From positions 18,354,001 to 18,418,000 of the forward strand of contig NC_087436.1 of the NCBI RefSeq assembly GCF_036321535.1: a stretch of DNA of 64,000 bases, written 5' to 3'. Below the pieces are notes generated by a model. The model was not told the DNA's origin and did not search any database. It saw only the letters and a list, made by a program, of their open reading frames with translations. This document shows, in pieces, positions 38,872-51,681 of this stretch (the first letter of the stretch is position 1; every line of letters begins with the position of its first letter). The stretch comes from Camelus dromedarius (taxonomy: Eukaryota). A program made the translations under genes and the position numbers.

Positions 38872-39272
38872 AAGCCAGAAAGAGAAAGAAAGACACCATG
38901 TGACATTACTCATATGTGGGACCTAAGAAGAAAAAAAAAAAAGGACACTATGAACTCACCTACAAAACAGAAAGACCCACAGACATAGTAAACAATCCTA
39001 TGGTTACCCAGGAAAGGGGGTGGAAAGGGGTAAATTTGGGAGTTTGAGATTCACAAATGTTAGCCACTATATTAAAATAGATTTTAAAAGAAAGTTTCTT
39101 CTGTATAATACAGGTTAATTTAACTATGTTCAATATCTCATAATAACCTTTAATGAAAAAGAATATAAAAACGAATGTATGTATGTATATGCATGACTGG
39201 GACATTGTGCTGTACACCAGAAACTGGCACATTCAATTTAAAAAAAAAAAAGAAAGAAAGAAAAGAAATAAA
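38872..39272 (+). mobile_element. Lineage-specific L1 3' end
   Basis: Closely similar to the 25823-26292 copy (aaggacactatgaactc..., tgcatgactgggacattgtgctgtacaccagaaact), with an A tail. Confidence 0.9.
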
Positions 39273-39289
39273 TAAGGGGTATAAATCAA

Positions 39290-40365
39290 CGAGGTGAGGC
39301 AGAAACTCCAATAAGAAATTGGGCAAAACCCTTGAATAAGCCCTTCACCAAAGGAAGTGAAGGCAGTCCACATGGCCTAAAACCACATGAAACGGTGCTC
39401 AAACTCATTAGTGATGATAAAAGGGAAAATTAAAACCTCGGCATACCTCAATACACTCGTCAGATTGGCAAAACTTAGTAAGTCTAGCAACTCCAGGAGT
39501 TGGTCTATGTGGAATAACAGAAACCCCCACAGACTGCCTGTGAAAGGAAAACTTGTTCTAACTGCTTTTTAAGTACGTTGGCGTTCTCCAGGAAGTTTGA
39601 CGATGATATCCTCCACTCGGAGACTGCCCTTCTAGGTAAATTCCCAAGATAAACTTTGGCACACGTGCACTTACGGACAGGTACTTTCTGTAGCGGAAGG
39701 GACCACAGCAGTAGCCAAACACTGGGAAAAGCAAATACCGATCAACAGCCAAGCAAATGACTAAATTATAGTATATTCATACATGATAGAGTAAAAGTAA
39801 CCATAAATGCACATATCAACAACAGAGTAATCTCACGATTTGGACAGAAAGGAGAAAGTCACAAAAGAATACACAGTGAAGAAAAAAAAATACAGTGGGG
39901 TTCTTTCATACAAAGTTCAAAACAAGCTACACTAAACCATATGTTTGGGTTGCATACATAGGTCACAAAATTACAGAACAGCCAGTGAATGATTATCTCA
40001 AAAGGCAGATGATGTTTACCACTGGGGGCCAGAAAGGGCGATGCAGTCAGGAAGTCACAAGGGAATTAAAGGTATTTCAATTCCTAACCTAACTGTGAGT
40101 CTGTGATATTTGCATTCTTCTTTTTTTTTTTTTTTTAAAGATCCCAAGGGGATTGTTTTGTTAATTTTCGGTGGGGAGGTAATTAGGTTTACTTATTGGT
40201 TTTAGAGGAGGTACTGGGAATTGAACCCAGGACCTTGTGTATGCTAAGCATGCACTCTACCACTGAGCTATACCCTCCCCTTCTCATTCTTCTTTAAATA
40301 TATGTTTGTTTCACATACTTCTGTATTTTTTGCCATCATTTCACAACTAAAACATACATTTTTTA
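39290..40365 (+). mobile_element. Old L1 (L1ME-like) 3' part, interrupted by a SINE
   Basis: gaaattgggcaaaac...catgaaacggtgctcaaactcattagtg...cagattggcaaaa and related L1 motifs. Confidence 0.7.
40124..40281 (-). mobile_element. vic-1-like SINE, long form
   Basis: ggggaggtaattagg...gaacccaggacc...actgagctataccctcccc, with TSD cattcttcttt at 40113-40123 and 40285-40295. Confidence 0.9.
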
Positions 40366-42813
40366 AAGCCTGGCTATTCGGGCAACTCTAAAGTAACTAT
40401 TCTATTGTAATCCAGGCAAACATACAATTATACAATTATTCCCGAAGATCTAAGCTGGAGGTTCACAACAAACCCATCCAGTCCGACAAGCTTCAAAGTG
40501 CTGCTCCCTCCACCGGAAACGCTCCTTCCCCACCCCTACTTTCACTTGGCTGGCTTCCCCACACCGATGGCCCTGCTCATAGAATCCTCCTCCTCCTCTC
40601 ACTGTCCTCCCGAAAACAGCGTCACCCCTCTGCCCTAAATCCCTCTCTAGTCCATCGCCGCTGCATCTTCTTCTAGCACTGCTCACCTGCAACTGCCTTA
40701 TTTAGTGAGCATTTTCTCAGGGTTATCTCTTCTCCCATTCCAGAACAGCCTGTTCCCGAGGCAGCGGCCAACAGCCTTGTGCCTCCCTGTATCTCTGAAA
40801 CAGGGACCACACAGGGCTTTTCTTTTTTATTTAATGCAGCTATTTCCAAATATTAATAGCATGTGAGTGTGTTATCATTTTTACTAACTTTATCTTATTT
40901 CATTTGGCTAATATTTGCTTTGCCAGATCTCAACAGGGGCATGTAACTGGTTCCGTTTGTGTATGTGTATGTGTGTGTGGGTGTTTATATGTGTATGGTT
41001 ATAGCTACTTATTTATATATGTTATATATAAATAATATATAAATGCTTTTATTATATACATATAACTATAAATTCTATTTTTCCCCTCTGGAGCAATTTC
41101 CTTTGAGTAGGTCAAAGAATACTTTAAAGATTATGTTTTCATATGGTCAAGGCAGGATGCACTCCAGAAGCTAAAACTTAAATGCATCTGTTTTTCAACA
41201 TTTATTTCATAATTCTCAATTTCATTAGTTGAAAATGTTTATAACAGCAGATTAAGTTTGGGTTCATTTACATAGAAGTCTCTCTCTCCCTATGGAAATA
41301 GCATGCTTTCCTCTCTTAAGTACTGTGGTTACATCAGTTCTTTATTTTAGAATATACTGATTTTTCTTGTCTTCTTTCTGGTGTTATTAGAGTTCATTAT
41401 GTAAAAATTTTAGTGTTTCAAATTGGAGCACACCAAACTCCATTCCACCTAATAATCACAAACTTATCACAGTATCGTTACGTAGTACATTCTAAATGCA
41501 TTTATTCTCTCACGTAGTTTATACTTTTATAGTTATCTTTTGCCTTTCCAAACATAATTTAAAATCACAAGACCACTCACTACATTTAGTACAATCCATT
41601 ATTTAAAGGAACACAAAGATGTTCTGTGCAAAAGATAACGGTTTTTCTTTCCAATATCATTGCCCATGAAATGCAACCAATCTTGAAGTTACAAGTTACA
41701 AAGTCTGGCAACATTCCTCTCCTAGGAGAAGATGGTGAAGGGCCCACTAGATTGGGCTACCTTTATTGAGTGCCTACTGTATGCTAACAGATTTACAAAT
41801 ATTATTTCATCTACTCCTTTTAATCAGCCTGCAGGACAGATGCCGGTGTGACCTTATTTTACAAATGGGTAAAGATAGATTAGTGACTTGATCAAGGTCA
41901 CAGACCTCTGTAGACTGCTGGTAACATGCCCTGGAGGCAGAAGATCAACTCCTTGGTCTCTCAAGTGTCCATCAGTGTCCTTTCCATTTCTTTACTCTAA
42001 CTTTCAGGAGATTTAACATTATTCCCAGGTCCCTTGCCCCCGATCACAACTAGTTATCTGAATGGCTCTAGTGTAGAATTCTAATTAAATGGAAAATTCA
42101 TGTACGTGTTCCTCCGCGCCCCCATCCTCTCCTGCATGCTGACTCCTGAGTGCTGTCAATTAACACTACTCTCCTGAAACACCTTCACGGCTGTTGTACG
42201 TTGATGGATGATGCCAAGCCTGCGTCCGCACAAAAAGCACAGCTAACTTAAAAGAATTGAAGTGATTTGCACTCTTTCAAGTGAACTTGACACTTTCGAG
42301 TGTCCCAGAGTGGAACTTTTAGGTCTTCAATCTGCAGACAAGTGGGAGAGAAACGCTGGAGCTCCCACTCTCCGCAGGATTAGGAGCGGCTTGAGAGATG
42401 AGGAGTTCTATTTGAGACCTGCTGAGTGTGAGATGCAGGACATCACGAGGAGGGATCCAACTGCACTGTAAATCCAGGCTCCCAGAACCTCCAGATACTG
42501 TTTGCCTTGGACGGTTTTACAAATGAGAAAATTCCTTCTTTCAACACAGTCACCTATTAACAGTGTTCACTTAGGACCATGAACTATTAGACACACGCAG
42601 GTACTTGGAAGTGGGAAACCTCTTCATTCAGGGGGCTCTACCTTACCGCTGGGCAGCCCTCTAGGTACATTATGACCCCTGAGGTTATAAGCCCAGCCCT
42701 GGGAATAAGTTATAACTACAGTCTCTCTCCTGCAGGCATCAACCGAAGCACTAACTGGCCCACCTGAGGAAATGTGGCATGCTCTAGAAATCTGGGCTTG
42801 AAAAGAAAAATCA

Positions 42814-43047
42814 GTAAGTTGGGAGTCCAGGATTTGCAGATACTACTGTATATAAAATAGATCAACAACAAGGTCCTCCTGTGTAGCTCAGGGAACTATA
42901 TTCAATATCTTGTAATAGCCTATAATGAAAGAGAATATGAAAATAAATACATATATATATATAAATGTATAACTGAATCACTATGCTGGACAGCAGAAAA
43001 TAACACATTGTAAATCAACTATACTTCAAATTTTTTAAAAAAGAGAA
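42814..43047 (+). mobile_element. L1 extreme 3' end
   Basis: Perfect TSD gaaaagaaaaatca at 42800-42813 and 43048-43061. Confidence 0.92.
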
Positions 43048-43734
43048 GAAAAGAAAAATCAATCAGCAAATAAATGTACCTTTCTCACTCATTAAATCTG
43101 AAATACAGGATTCTTCACAAACCACGCTGGATTCCAAAACCTTTCCCAAATAGGCAAACTGCGCCCAGAAGAGCACATTCCTCTGCATGCAGAGGCTCAA
43201 ATAACTAGATTGTCAAGTATGCGAAAGTCCTGCCAGGGGAAGCTCTGACGCCCATTCTGCACATCAAAACACGCACCAAAATTCCTCTCGTTTTATTTAG
43301 AGAAGCACAGGGTACGGACTCTGAGGAACTTAGTATCTTTCACGTCAGATTCGCGCCAAGGAAATAATGCTGGTGGTAATCCAAGGCACTTGGAGGGGAA
43401 GCAAAATTCCTCTAGGACTGCGGACTGGCTTCTTCATTTTCCTTCGTGTTTTCCGGATCTACAAAACCTGCAGCAGAACTGTATACGAGAGCAGCATTAT
43501 GGCCTCTCTGTCAAAGCCGGAAAGAAAGAAAATAATTCATTTTATAGATTTAAAATGGGTGCTAATGTCTCACGAGCCCAGAATGCATTGCTGGGCTAGC
43601 CGAGGCCTGAAGGCCAAATCACAGGCTTCTGGAGGAACAGCTCAGCAGCAAGCACGGTGTCTGGAGCCGTTCAGTTAAGGCCCTCCCGACACCAACTCTC
43701 CTCCCAGCCCACCTGGAATGTCTGTGCAGTGAGT

Positions 43735-44143
43735 TTTGTTTTTTTTTTTTTTTACTGAAGTACAGTTGATGTACAATGTTGTGTTAATTTCTGGTGTCTA
43801 GCATAGTGACTCAGTTGTGTGTGTATATATATATTCCCTTTCATATTCTTTTTCACTACAGGCCATTACAAGGTATTAAATATAGTTCCCTGTGCTATAC
43901 AGTAGGGCCTTGTTGTTTATCTATTTTATATATAGTAGTTTGTATCTGCAAATCCCAAACTCCCAATTTATCCCTTCCTACCCCTTTACCCACTGGTAAC
44001 CGTAAATTTGTCTTCTATGTCTGTGAGTCTGTTTCTATTTTTGTAAATTCCTTTGTGTCATTTTTTTTTAGATTCCACATATGAGTGACATATGGTATTC
44101 TTCTTTCTCTTTCTGGCTTACTTCACTTAGTATGATGATCTCC
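43735..44143 (-). mobile_element. L1 3' end of the same subfamily as 42814, inverted
   Basis: Poly(T), then actgaagtacagttgatgtacaatg...ttctggcttacttcacttagtatgatgatctcc. Confidence 0.92.
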
Positions 44144-44622
44144 TGTTAGAGTAAGTTCTCAGAGAATAAGCACCATCTAAAGTCACTAGGAGGACTTGAA
44201 CTGACACATTTATGGGCTAAAAGGATCACAATCTGAGTCCACAAAGACGCAGATGCCTCAAAACAAATGCATAAACCTGGACTCAGGACCCACTACGGCA
44301 CATAGCACAGACAACCAGATACTGTTTCCCAAAGTAACCAACCAACTCGTTATAAAGAACATTTAAGAAGGGAGTGACCCAGGCACTGCAGAGAGTCCCA
44401 CTGGCAAGGTCCACACTGCAAACCTCCACCCCATCTGACTCCAGACTTCAGCTGCATTGAGTACACTCAACCAATGTGGAGAGTCTTCTCAGGCTGGGTC
44501 TGTGTGTAGAGAGGACCTGCCACAGAAGGCCATCAGATGACATGATCACCCAGCCTACTGGTTTTCAAGCTGTCTGTGGCCAAAATTCTTACAGGGAGAA
44601 CAGGAAAAAACAGCTAACACTT

Positions 44623-45052
44623 CTGAATTAGCTTCCTACTGCTGCTATAACAAATTACCACTACCTCAGTGGCTTGAAAAACACAAATTTATTATCCTAT
44701 ATTTCTGGAAGTCAGAAGGCCAGAATGGGCCCCTTGGGGCTGTTTTCCTTCTGGGCGTTCTAGGGGAGAATCCATTTCTTTGCCTTTTCCAGCTCCTAGA
44801 AGATGCCCAAATTCCTTGGCTCATGGCCTGCAATGGCATGACTCTGACCTCTGCTCCTGTCCTCACATCTCCTCTTTTAAGGACCACCATGATTACAAGG
44901 AGCCCACCATGCTAACCAAGGATCATCTCACCATCTCAAGGTCCTTCATTTAATCCCATCTGCGAAGTTCCTCTTGCCACATAAAATAACACATTCACAG
45001 GTTCTGGGAACTGGGAAGGGACATCTTTGGAGGGCCATTATTCTGCCACCAT
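44623..45052 (-). mobile_element. MLT1C-like MaLR LTR
   Basis: attagcttcctactgctgctataacaaattacca...ctaggggagaatccatttc...gggccattattctgccaccata. Confidence 0.8.
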
Positions 45053-45793
45053 ACCTTATGACATCAGACACTCTCCTAACCCCTTTACAGTTATTGACTC
45101 ATTTAAGTATCGCCACAACTCTAAGAGGCAAGTTCTAGTATTATTATGCCGCTTAACAGAGGCAGACACTGAGACACACGCGTTAATCAACTTGTCCAAG
45201 ATAATACAACCAGTAAGTAGGAGAACCAAGAGGTAATCAAAGCTGCTCAGGTGGAGGCAGGAGGACGACCATGCCTGACTGATCCCCAACAAAGACTGCA
45301 TCCTGCAGAACCCAACCTGAAATCCACTGACAGTCTCTCTCCCTCACTCTACAGGTGGGAAATGAGAGCACAACTTTGGACAAGGAGCTCAACTTCATGC
45401 AGAGCTGAAGGAGAGTTCAAACTAGAATCCAGGTTTTAGCGTAGAATCCAGTGTTAGCATAACCCGGTGTGGCACAGCGTGACAGAAACAGCGCCTGCGA
45501 GTGAGGACCGCGTGGCCCAGCGGGACAGTACGCCCCAGAGGGGGGCTGCAAAGGACATGCATGCACGAGTGTGTGTGTGTCTCTGTGCTGTGGGGTAAGG
45601 TGAAGGGCTTAATCACCAGAGAGAACATCCAGGCCAACACGCTCCCAACCTCCACCTTCCCTGATTACACTTCACAGAAAACCGCAATAGCTGACGGGCT
45701 GACATGGTAACGACAAGGCAGCACGGTGACAACTAGGACTGCTGACATTTCCAGAGAAGTGCCTACACGTGAGCGACAAAAACTGGTGGTCCT

Positions 45794-46892
45794 AAAAGCT
45801 TTCACACAGAAAAGGAAACCATCGACAAAATGAAAAGACAACCTACTCAATGGGATTAAATATTGATAACTGATAACGGGATAATAACCAAAATGTGCAA
45901 ACAGCTCACAGAACTTATTTTAAAAAACCAGCCTATTAAAAAATGGGCAAAAGACATGAATAGATATTTTTCCAAAGAAGACATACAGATGGCCGACAGG
46001 CACGTGAAAAGACGCTCAGTATCGTTAAGCATCAGGGAAATGCAAATCAAAGTCACAATGACATATCACCTCATCAGAAAGTGGCTATCATCAAAAAAGA
46101 ACACAAATAACAAATGTTGGTGAGGAGGTGGAGAAAAGGGAACCCTGGTATACTGTTGGTGGGAATGTAAATTGGTGCAGCCACTGTAGAAAACAGTATC
46201 GAAGTTTCTCAAAAAACTAAAAGTAGAACTACTATATGACCCAGCAATTCCACTCCTGGGTATATATCAAAAAAAAAAAAAAAAAAAAAAACAAAGCCAG
46301 ACTAATTCAAGGATACATGCACCCAAATAGAAGAATTATTTACAACTGCAAAATATGGAAGCAATCAACAGATGAATGGATTAAGATGTGGTATGTATAT
46401 ACATACACACACACACACACCCACACACACACAAAATATTACTCTGCCATAAAAAAGAATGAAATTTTGCCATTTGTAACAATATGGATGGATTTGGGGG
46501 TATTATGCTAAGTGATATAAGTCAGACAGAGAAAGACAAATACTCTGATATTACGTGTATGTGAAATCTAAAAAGTAAAACTAGTGAACATAACAAAAAA
46601 GAAACAGACATACACATATAGAGAACAACCAAGTGGTTTCCAGCAGGAAGAGGGAAGGGGGGAGGGGCATTCTCGGGGTCAGGGATTAAGAGGTACAAAC
46701 GATTATATATCAAATAAAGCTACAAAGATACATTGTACAACACAGGGAATACAGTCAATATTGTATAATCACTATAAGTGGAGTAAAACCTTTAAAAATT
46801 GTGAATCGTTATGTTTTACATCTGTGACATAATATTGTACATCAACTATACATCAATTTTTACACCTCAATTTTTAAATAAATAAATTTTTT
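45794..46892 (+). mobile_element. 5'-truncated L1 (ORF2 C-terminus plus 3' UTR)
   Basis: ORF 45863-46123 encodes [21 protein letters not shown]...IREMQIK (ORF2p). Imperfect TSD aaa(a/g)ctggtgg(t/c)cct on both sides. Confidence 0.93.
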
Positions 46893-47610
46893 AAAGCTGG
46901 TGGCCCTCAAGACTTTCTTTCCTGACCATCCCTTTCATTAGAACTTTGATTTGAATCTCTCAAACCCTCTGGTCCCACCACTCCCTACTGTGGCCACTCA
47001 CTGGCCTCACATATCTAAGATACCTGCCTGGCCCGTTGAAGGCATCTGGATTTCAAGTCCTGGCCTAAATTAAAGAACTTTAGCAGGGAACAGAATCTGA
47101 GAGACAATGTAGGCTAGGATCCTATTTTACAGACGAGAAATCCAAAGCCCAGTGGACCAGAGGCAGTATGGTTTATGAAAGGGAGACTCTATAACCTGAG
47201 AGGCCTGGGTTCAAGCACAGGCTCTGCCCTATTCCAGGTGTGTGGCTTTGGGCACAACTCATAGTGTAAGTCAGACTTCCCATCTCTCAACGGAAAAGAA
47301 CCAGAATGTCACATCTCACTAACACATGACCTCTCCCTGTCCCTTCCCGAGCAAAGTGCTGGACCCTGAGCCCCTCCTTCCTACATGGGCAGGTTTTATA
47401 GCACAGGACCCCCCTCCGCCAAACCTCACCAGGGCCAAATGAATGACAGGCAGCTGACCCCAGAACAGCCCCACAGGCCAGCCAGAGACAGGACATGTAA
47501 CTACAGAAGGAAATGTCAAACAAGACAGGGTATAGGGATGTTCACTATTCTGTCCATGCAATTTTTATAGTAAATTTTAAAAATTAAAGTAACCCAAAAG
47601 AATAAAATGA

Positions 47611-47740
47611 CCAAGGGAGGGTAGAGCTCAGTGGTAGAGCACATGCCTAGCATGCATGAGGTCCTGGGTTCAATCCCCAGTACCTCTATTAAATAAATAC
47701 ATAAATCTAATTACCTACCCCCCCAAAAAATTTTTAAATT
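47611..47740 (+). mobile_element. vic-1-like SINE, long form
   Basis: TSD aagaataaaatga at 47598-47610 and 47741-47753. Confidence 0.9.
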
Positions 47741-48747
47741 AAGAATAAAATGATCACAATTTTATTTATTAAAATGAAAGAAACAAGTATACACATGTGC
47801 ATGCAAACACCCCCTAAATCAAGGAGCCACTTTTTTCTCTTTCACTGCATAACCCTCATCTCAATCCTCTACTTCCAGGGACCCCAGTGGCCAGAATTCC
47901 AGCGTTCCCTTCTCAGCATTCTATTCCCTAGTCCATACACCCACATTCCACTTGTGCTGTTTATTCCTTCTTACTGGCCAGGCAGTCTTCCAGGCACTGG
48001 GGACTTAACAGCAAACCAGCCACACACCTGGGGTGGGAGAGGGTGACAGAGAAGGCTGGGGGCAGGTGGGTATCTGAGAGAAGACAGATTATGAGACATC
48101 AGTGAATGACACAGCACACTGGTAGCTGGTAAGGGTCACTGGAGAAAGGGAAGAAAGACTGGGATGTGGGGATGCATGGGGGAGGGTGCACAGCTCTGAG
48201 GAGACATCCCAGGAGGGAAGGAGGTCGTGAAAAACTGGAAGGACCCAAGGAGGAAGCCCCACAGAGCTGGGGAGAAGCCTCTCCAGCTGGAGGCAGGACA
48301 GAGGGTGGACAGTACAGCTGAAGACGACCAAGGGGGCACAGCTGGGCGAACAGGGAACAGGGGCAGAGACAACAGGCGCCAGTTAAGCTTCTAGCATGAG
48401 TGAGGTGGGCGCTTTGGGAGAGATGTGAGCTGAGGAGGGACATAACCTGACCTTCACAGCATCACTCAGCTGCGCTGAGAGCGGATGGAAGGTGGACCCC
48501 AAGGGCAGCAGCAGGAAACCGGGTCCGAGGCCACTGCCCTCATCAGGGAGGAGATGACAGCACCTCTTGAGAGAATTTCTGGAAACCTTGCCAACAACTG
48601 TGAGACTCAGGAGTCTCCCCTCACAATTCGGGGCACCTACCCACATACATTTCCTGCAGGATAGCAGTCTCCTTTGAAGCTTCGTGGCTTCAATGTCAAG
48701 AAAGCCTGATTTATAGGCACAGTGGTACTAGTGCAGTGTTCTTCCCC

Positions 48748-49157
48748 TGTTAGGGGTTCAACTGGGTCCCCCCAAAATCCATGTGCTGGAGTCCTAACCC
48801 CTAGTATCTCAGAATGTGACCTTATATGGAGACAGGGTCTTTATGGAGGTGATCAAATTAAGGTGAGGTCATTAGGATAAGTCCTAATCCAGTGACTGGC
48901 GTCCTTACAAAATGAGGAATTTTGGACACAAGACACATGCGTAGAGGGAAGACAAGGTGAAGAGACATAAGGGGAAGATGTCCAAGGAGAGAGGCCTGGA
49001 ACACATCCTTCCCTCCCAGCCCTCAGAAGGAATCAACTCTACTGACACCTTGATTCTGGACCTCTAACCTCCAGGACAATGAGACATTAATACATTTCTA
49101 GTGCTTAAGCCACCCCATCTGTGCTATTTTGTTATGGCAGCCCTAACAAACTAAACA
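48748..49157 (+). mobile_element. MLT1B-like MaLR LTR
   Basis: tgttaggggttcaactgggtccccccaaaatcc...ctcagaatgtgacctta...gttatggcagccctaacaaactaaaca. Confidence 0.85.
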
Positions 49158-49812
49158 TATCCTGACCTTTGTTTGTTTGTTTGTTTTTTAGGAAAAATAC
49201 GGTAACCTTGAGGTTAAAGGCATTTGCAAGTATTGTTTTTCCAGATCAGGGATTTAAGCTCAATGACATAACACAATATTATTCAAATATTTTGGTACTG
49301 AATAGAGTAACTTGGCAAGCAAAGTGGTTCCCCAAATATCCTAAGAAAGGGGAGACAAATAAAAATAAAACCACATCCAGGGGATAATATCAAGACAAGC
49401 TACCTTGTTAACCACAGAACGTGCTTAAAGCCCGAAGTAAATATTAGTAGGGATTCAGACCTCATGTGTTCACCTGGTTTAACCAGCAGGAGCTTGCCCA
49501 CTGTCCAGCCACTCGGGTATCACCACTTCATGGCACTGACTAAAAACCCAGTTGCCGACCAAAGCCAAGAGTTACTAACTCTCCCGTGTCTCTCAAATAC
49601 TTCAACGTTTACTTCCTTTAAAAAAAAATTTTTTTTTAATCAAAACAAGACTCCCTCTAAGGAGAGGCTAAAACCTTCCCTTTTGTGCCCTAAGTTAAAC
49701 CAGGATCACAAAAACTAAAAGAAATGCCCCCAAGAAATGACCGATGACTCGCACTGCCCATTCACTCAGCACAGCCCCGGGCGGCCTATAAAATGAGAAG
49801 CGGACGTGACTA

Positions 49813-49860
49813 CTGCCCGAGGGAGCCCATGACCTCCTGCCCGAGGGAGCCCATGACCTC
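49813..49860. repeat. Perfect 24-bp tandem duplication
   Basis: Two adjacent copies of ctgcccgagggagcccatgacctc. Confidence 0.95.
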
Positions 49861-51040
49861 CGCTGGAGAGAGACCACCGTTGGGTACTGCATGTGCCCTG
49901 AGGGCCCCCGATTACAAACTCCAGAGGAGTGCGATGGAAGACAAACCGAAAAACAAAGTCATCAGAAAACCAGCACAGGATGAGGGTTGAACAGGGTTCC
50001 AAAAAGTGAGTGAAATCTCTATCCCTGGAAACCACAGAGGAGACACTGAAGGCATCAGGAGCAAGGTCAGGGGAACTCTTCAGGTGGGAATGAGGGCCAC
50101 ACACAAAAAGCGAGCAACTGGTCATGAGGACCTGCAGTGACACCCATCCTGGGATCTTCTCTCTGCCATGAACACAGCTTGGCTCTGTCCGAGTGTTTTA
50201 CTTTTCTCTCACTTCTAACTGTACGTCGTCTTCTACGTCGTCAGTTCTTGCGGAACTGCTGCTTCTTCAGAGGGTTTGCTACCCCGTCACTGTCTCGTAG
50301 GGCCCTTTCCTCATCCTCACAGTAGCTGATACACATTCTTTCAACTTCAGCTCCCACGGCTTTTTCCATCTTAGTTCCCAAAGTAAAATCCTCATGAGAA
50401 TCAAAACGGCCCCACTCACTTCTTTCCCACAGGAGGTGGTGACCAAGATAGCTGTCTAAGTGTCCCTCCCCATCAGATCAGCCAGCATGGGGAGAGGTCA
50501 GGGTTAGGTCGCAAGACCCTCCGGGACCTGTGTCCTCAGGGAGGCTGCGAGCAGGGCCGTCTTCCCTGACTGGGCTGTGAGGCAGTACGCAGACACCATG
50601 AGTGACAACCCAGGGGCAAGGCCAGTGAGTACAAAACACATCCCTTCAAAGACAAAGTTATTTCTGAAGATTCTCCTATGTTAACATATACAATTCCACA
50701 GAAAAGTCCCTAAATGCAGAAACCAGTCCACGGAAAAAATTGCAACAGGCAGAGCCTGAGTCCCTGAGATGGGCCATTTTAATGGAAGGAACAGTGTTTA
50801 ACATAGAGAAACGTTAGCACTCATCACTGACCGGAAAATCGTCTCAAACCCAGTGCTTCCAAGCAGTTGAAGTGTGCACAGTAACCTTGTAACACGTATT
50901 TATTCAGCACCTCCCGTGTGCTGGTCGCTGCTCCACGGAAGTACTTCGCAACTATTAGTTCCTTTAATTCTCACTACAGCCAACTAGGTAAGTTTTTCCC
51001 TGCATTTTACGGATGAGCGCATGAAGACACAGGGTGGTCA

Positions 51041-51681
51041 TGTTAGAGCAGGCAGATAGCAAGATATAAACAGAGAAAGGGGGGCACAGGCCAAATGGCA
51101 GGAACTGGGCAAAAAGGAGGGGCGCAGGTCAAATGCAGGAAACCATAAGTCATGTAGGCACTAGGGGTCCCTGAGCAGAGAAAGAAAATCAGGTACCTCT
51201 GGGTTGATAAGTGGTCACACATTTGGGGATGCCAAGTGCCCTGGAGGCGGACAAAGAAAGGTGAGAAAAGGCAGGCATCTCCAGGGTCCGAATGTAACCT
51301 TTTGCTCATTGTGCCCTCATTACAATAAAATTAGCCTTACAGACAAGTACCCATCATGCACCAATGCCATGACACTTCCAATCCACACTAAATAAGAACA
51401 AAGATTCCTCCTCCACTAGGGAAGGTGGAGTTGGGACGAAAATCAGGGAATAGGACCCCAAATTCTTTCCACCTCAATGAATATTCCGCCCATTCATTTT
51501 TACACCCTATGTAACCAACTTCCCAAAGAAACTCAGGGCAGCTGCTCACCTGAGCCTGCTGGCTCTCCCCTTGAGCGTGTACTATCTACCCCTTAATAAA
51601 TCCCTACTTTACCTTCTCAACCTGCGTGTCTCATCTCTGAATTCTTTCTGCAACGAGACAAGAACCTAACCACCGGCAACG
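51041..51681 (+). mobile_element. MER41-like ERV1 solo LTR inserted in a MIR
   Basis: TGTT start and ...GGCAAC(G) end with TSD GTCA (51037-51040 and 51682-51685). Contains AATAAA and MER41-like motifs gccatgaca, atgaatattccgccc and ctgaattctttct...aagaacc. MIR sequence lies on both sides. Confidence 0.85.

Noticed and set aside
50240..50370. Short minus-strand ATG ORF (MEKAVGAEVERMC...FRKN*)
   Set aside because: It is only about 42 codons, with no recognisable homology and no supporting splice or promoter evidence.
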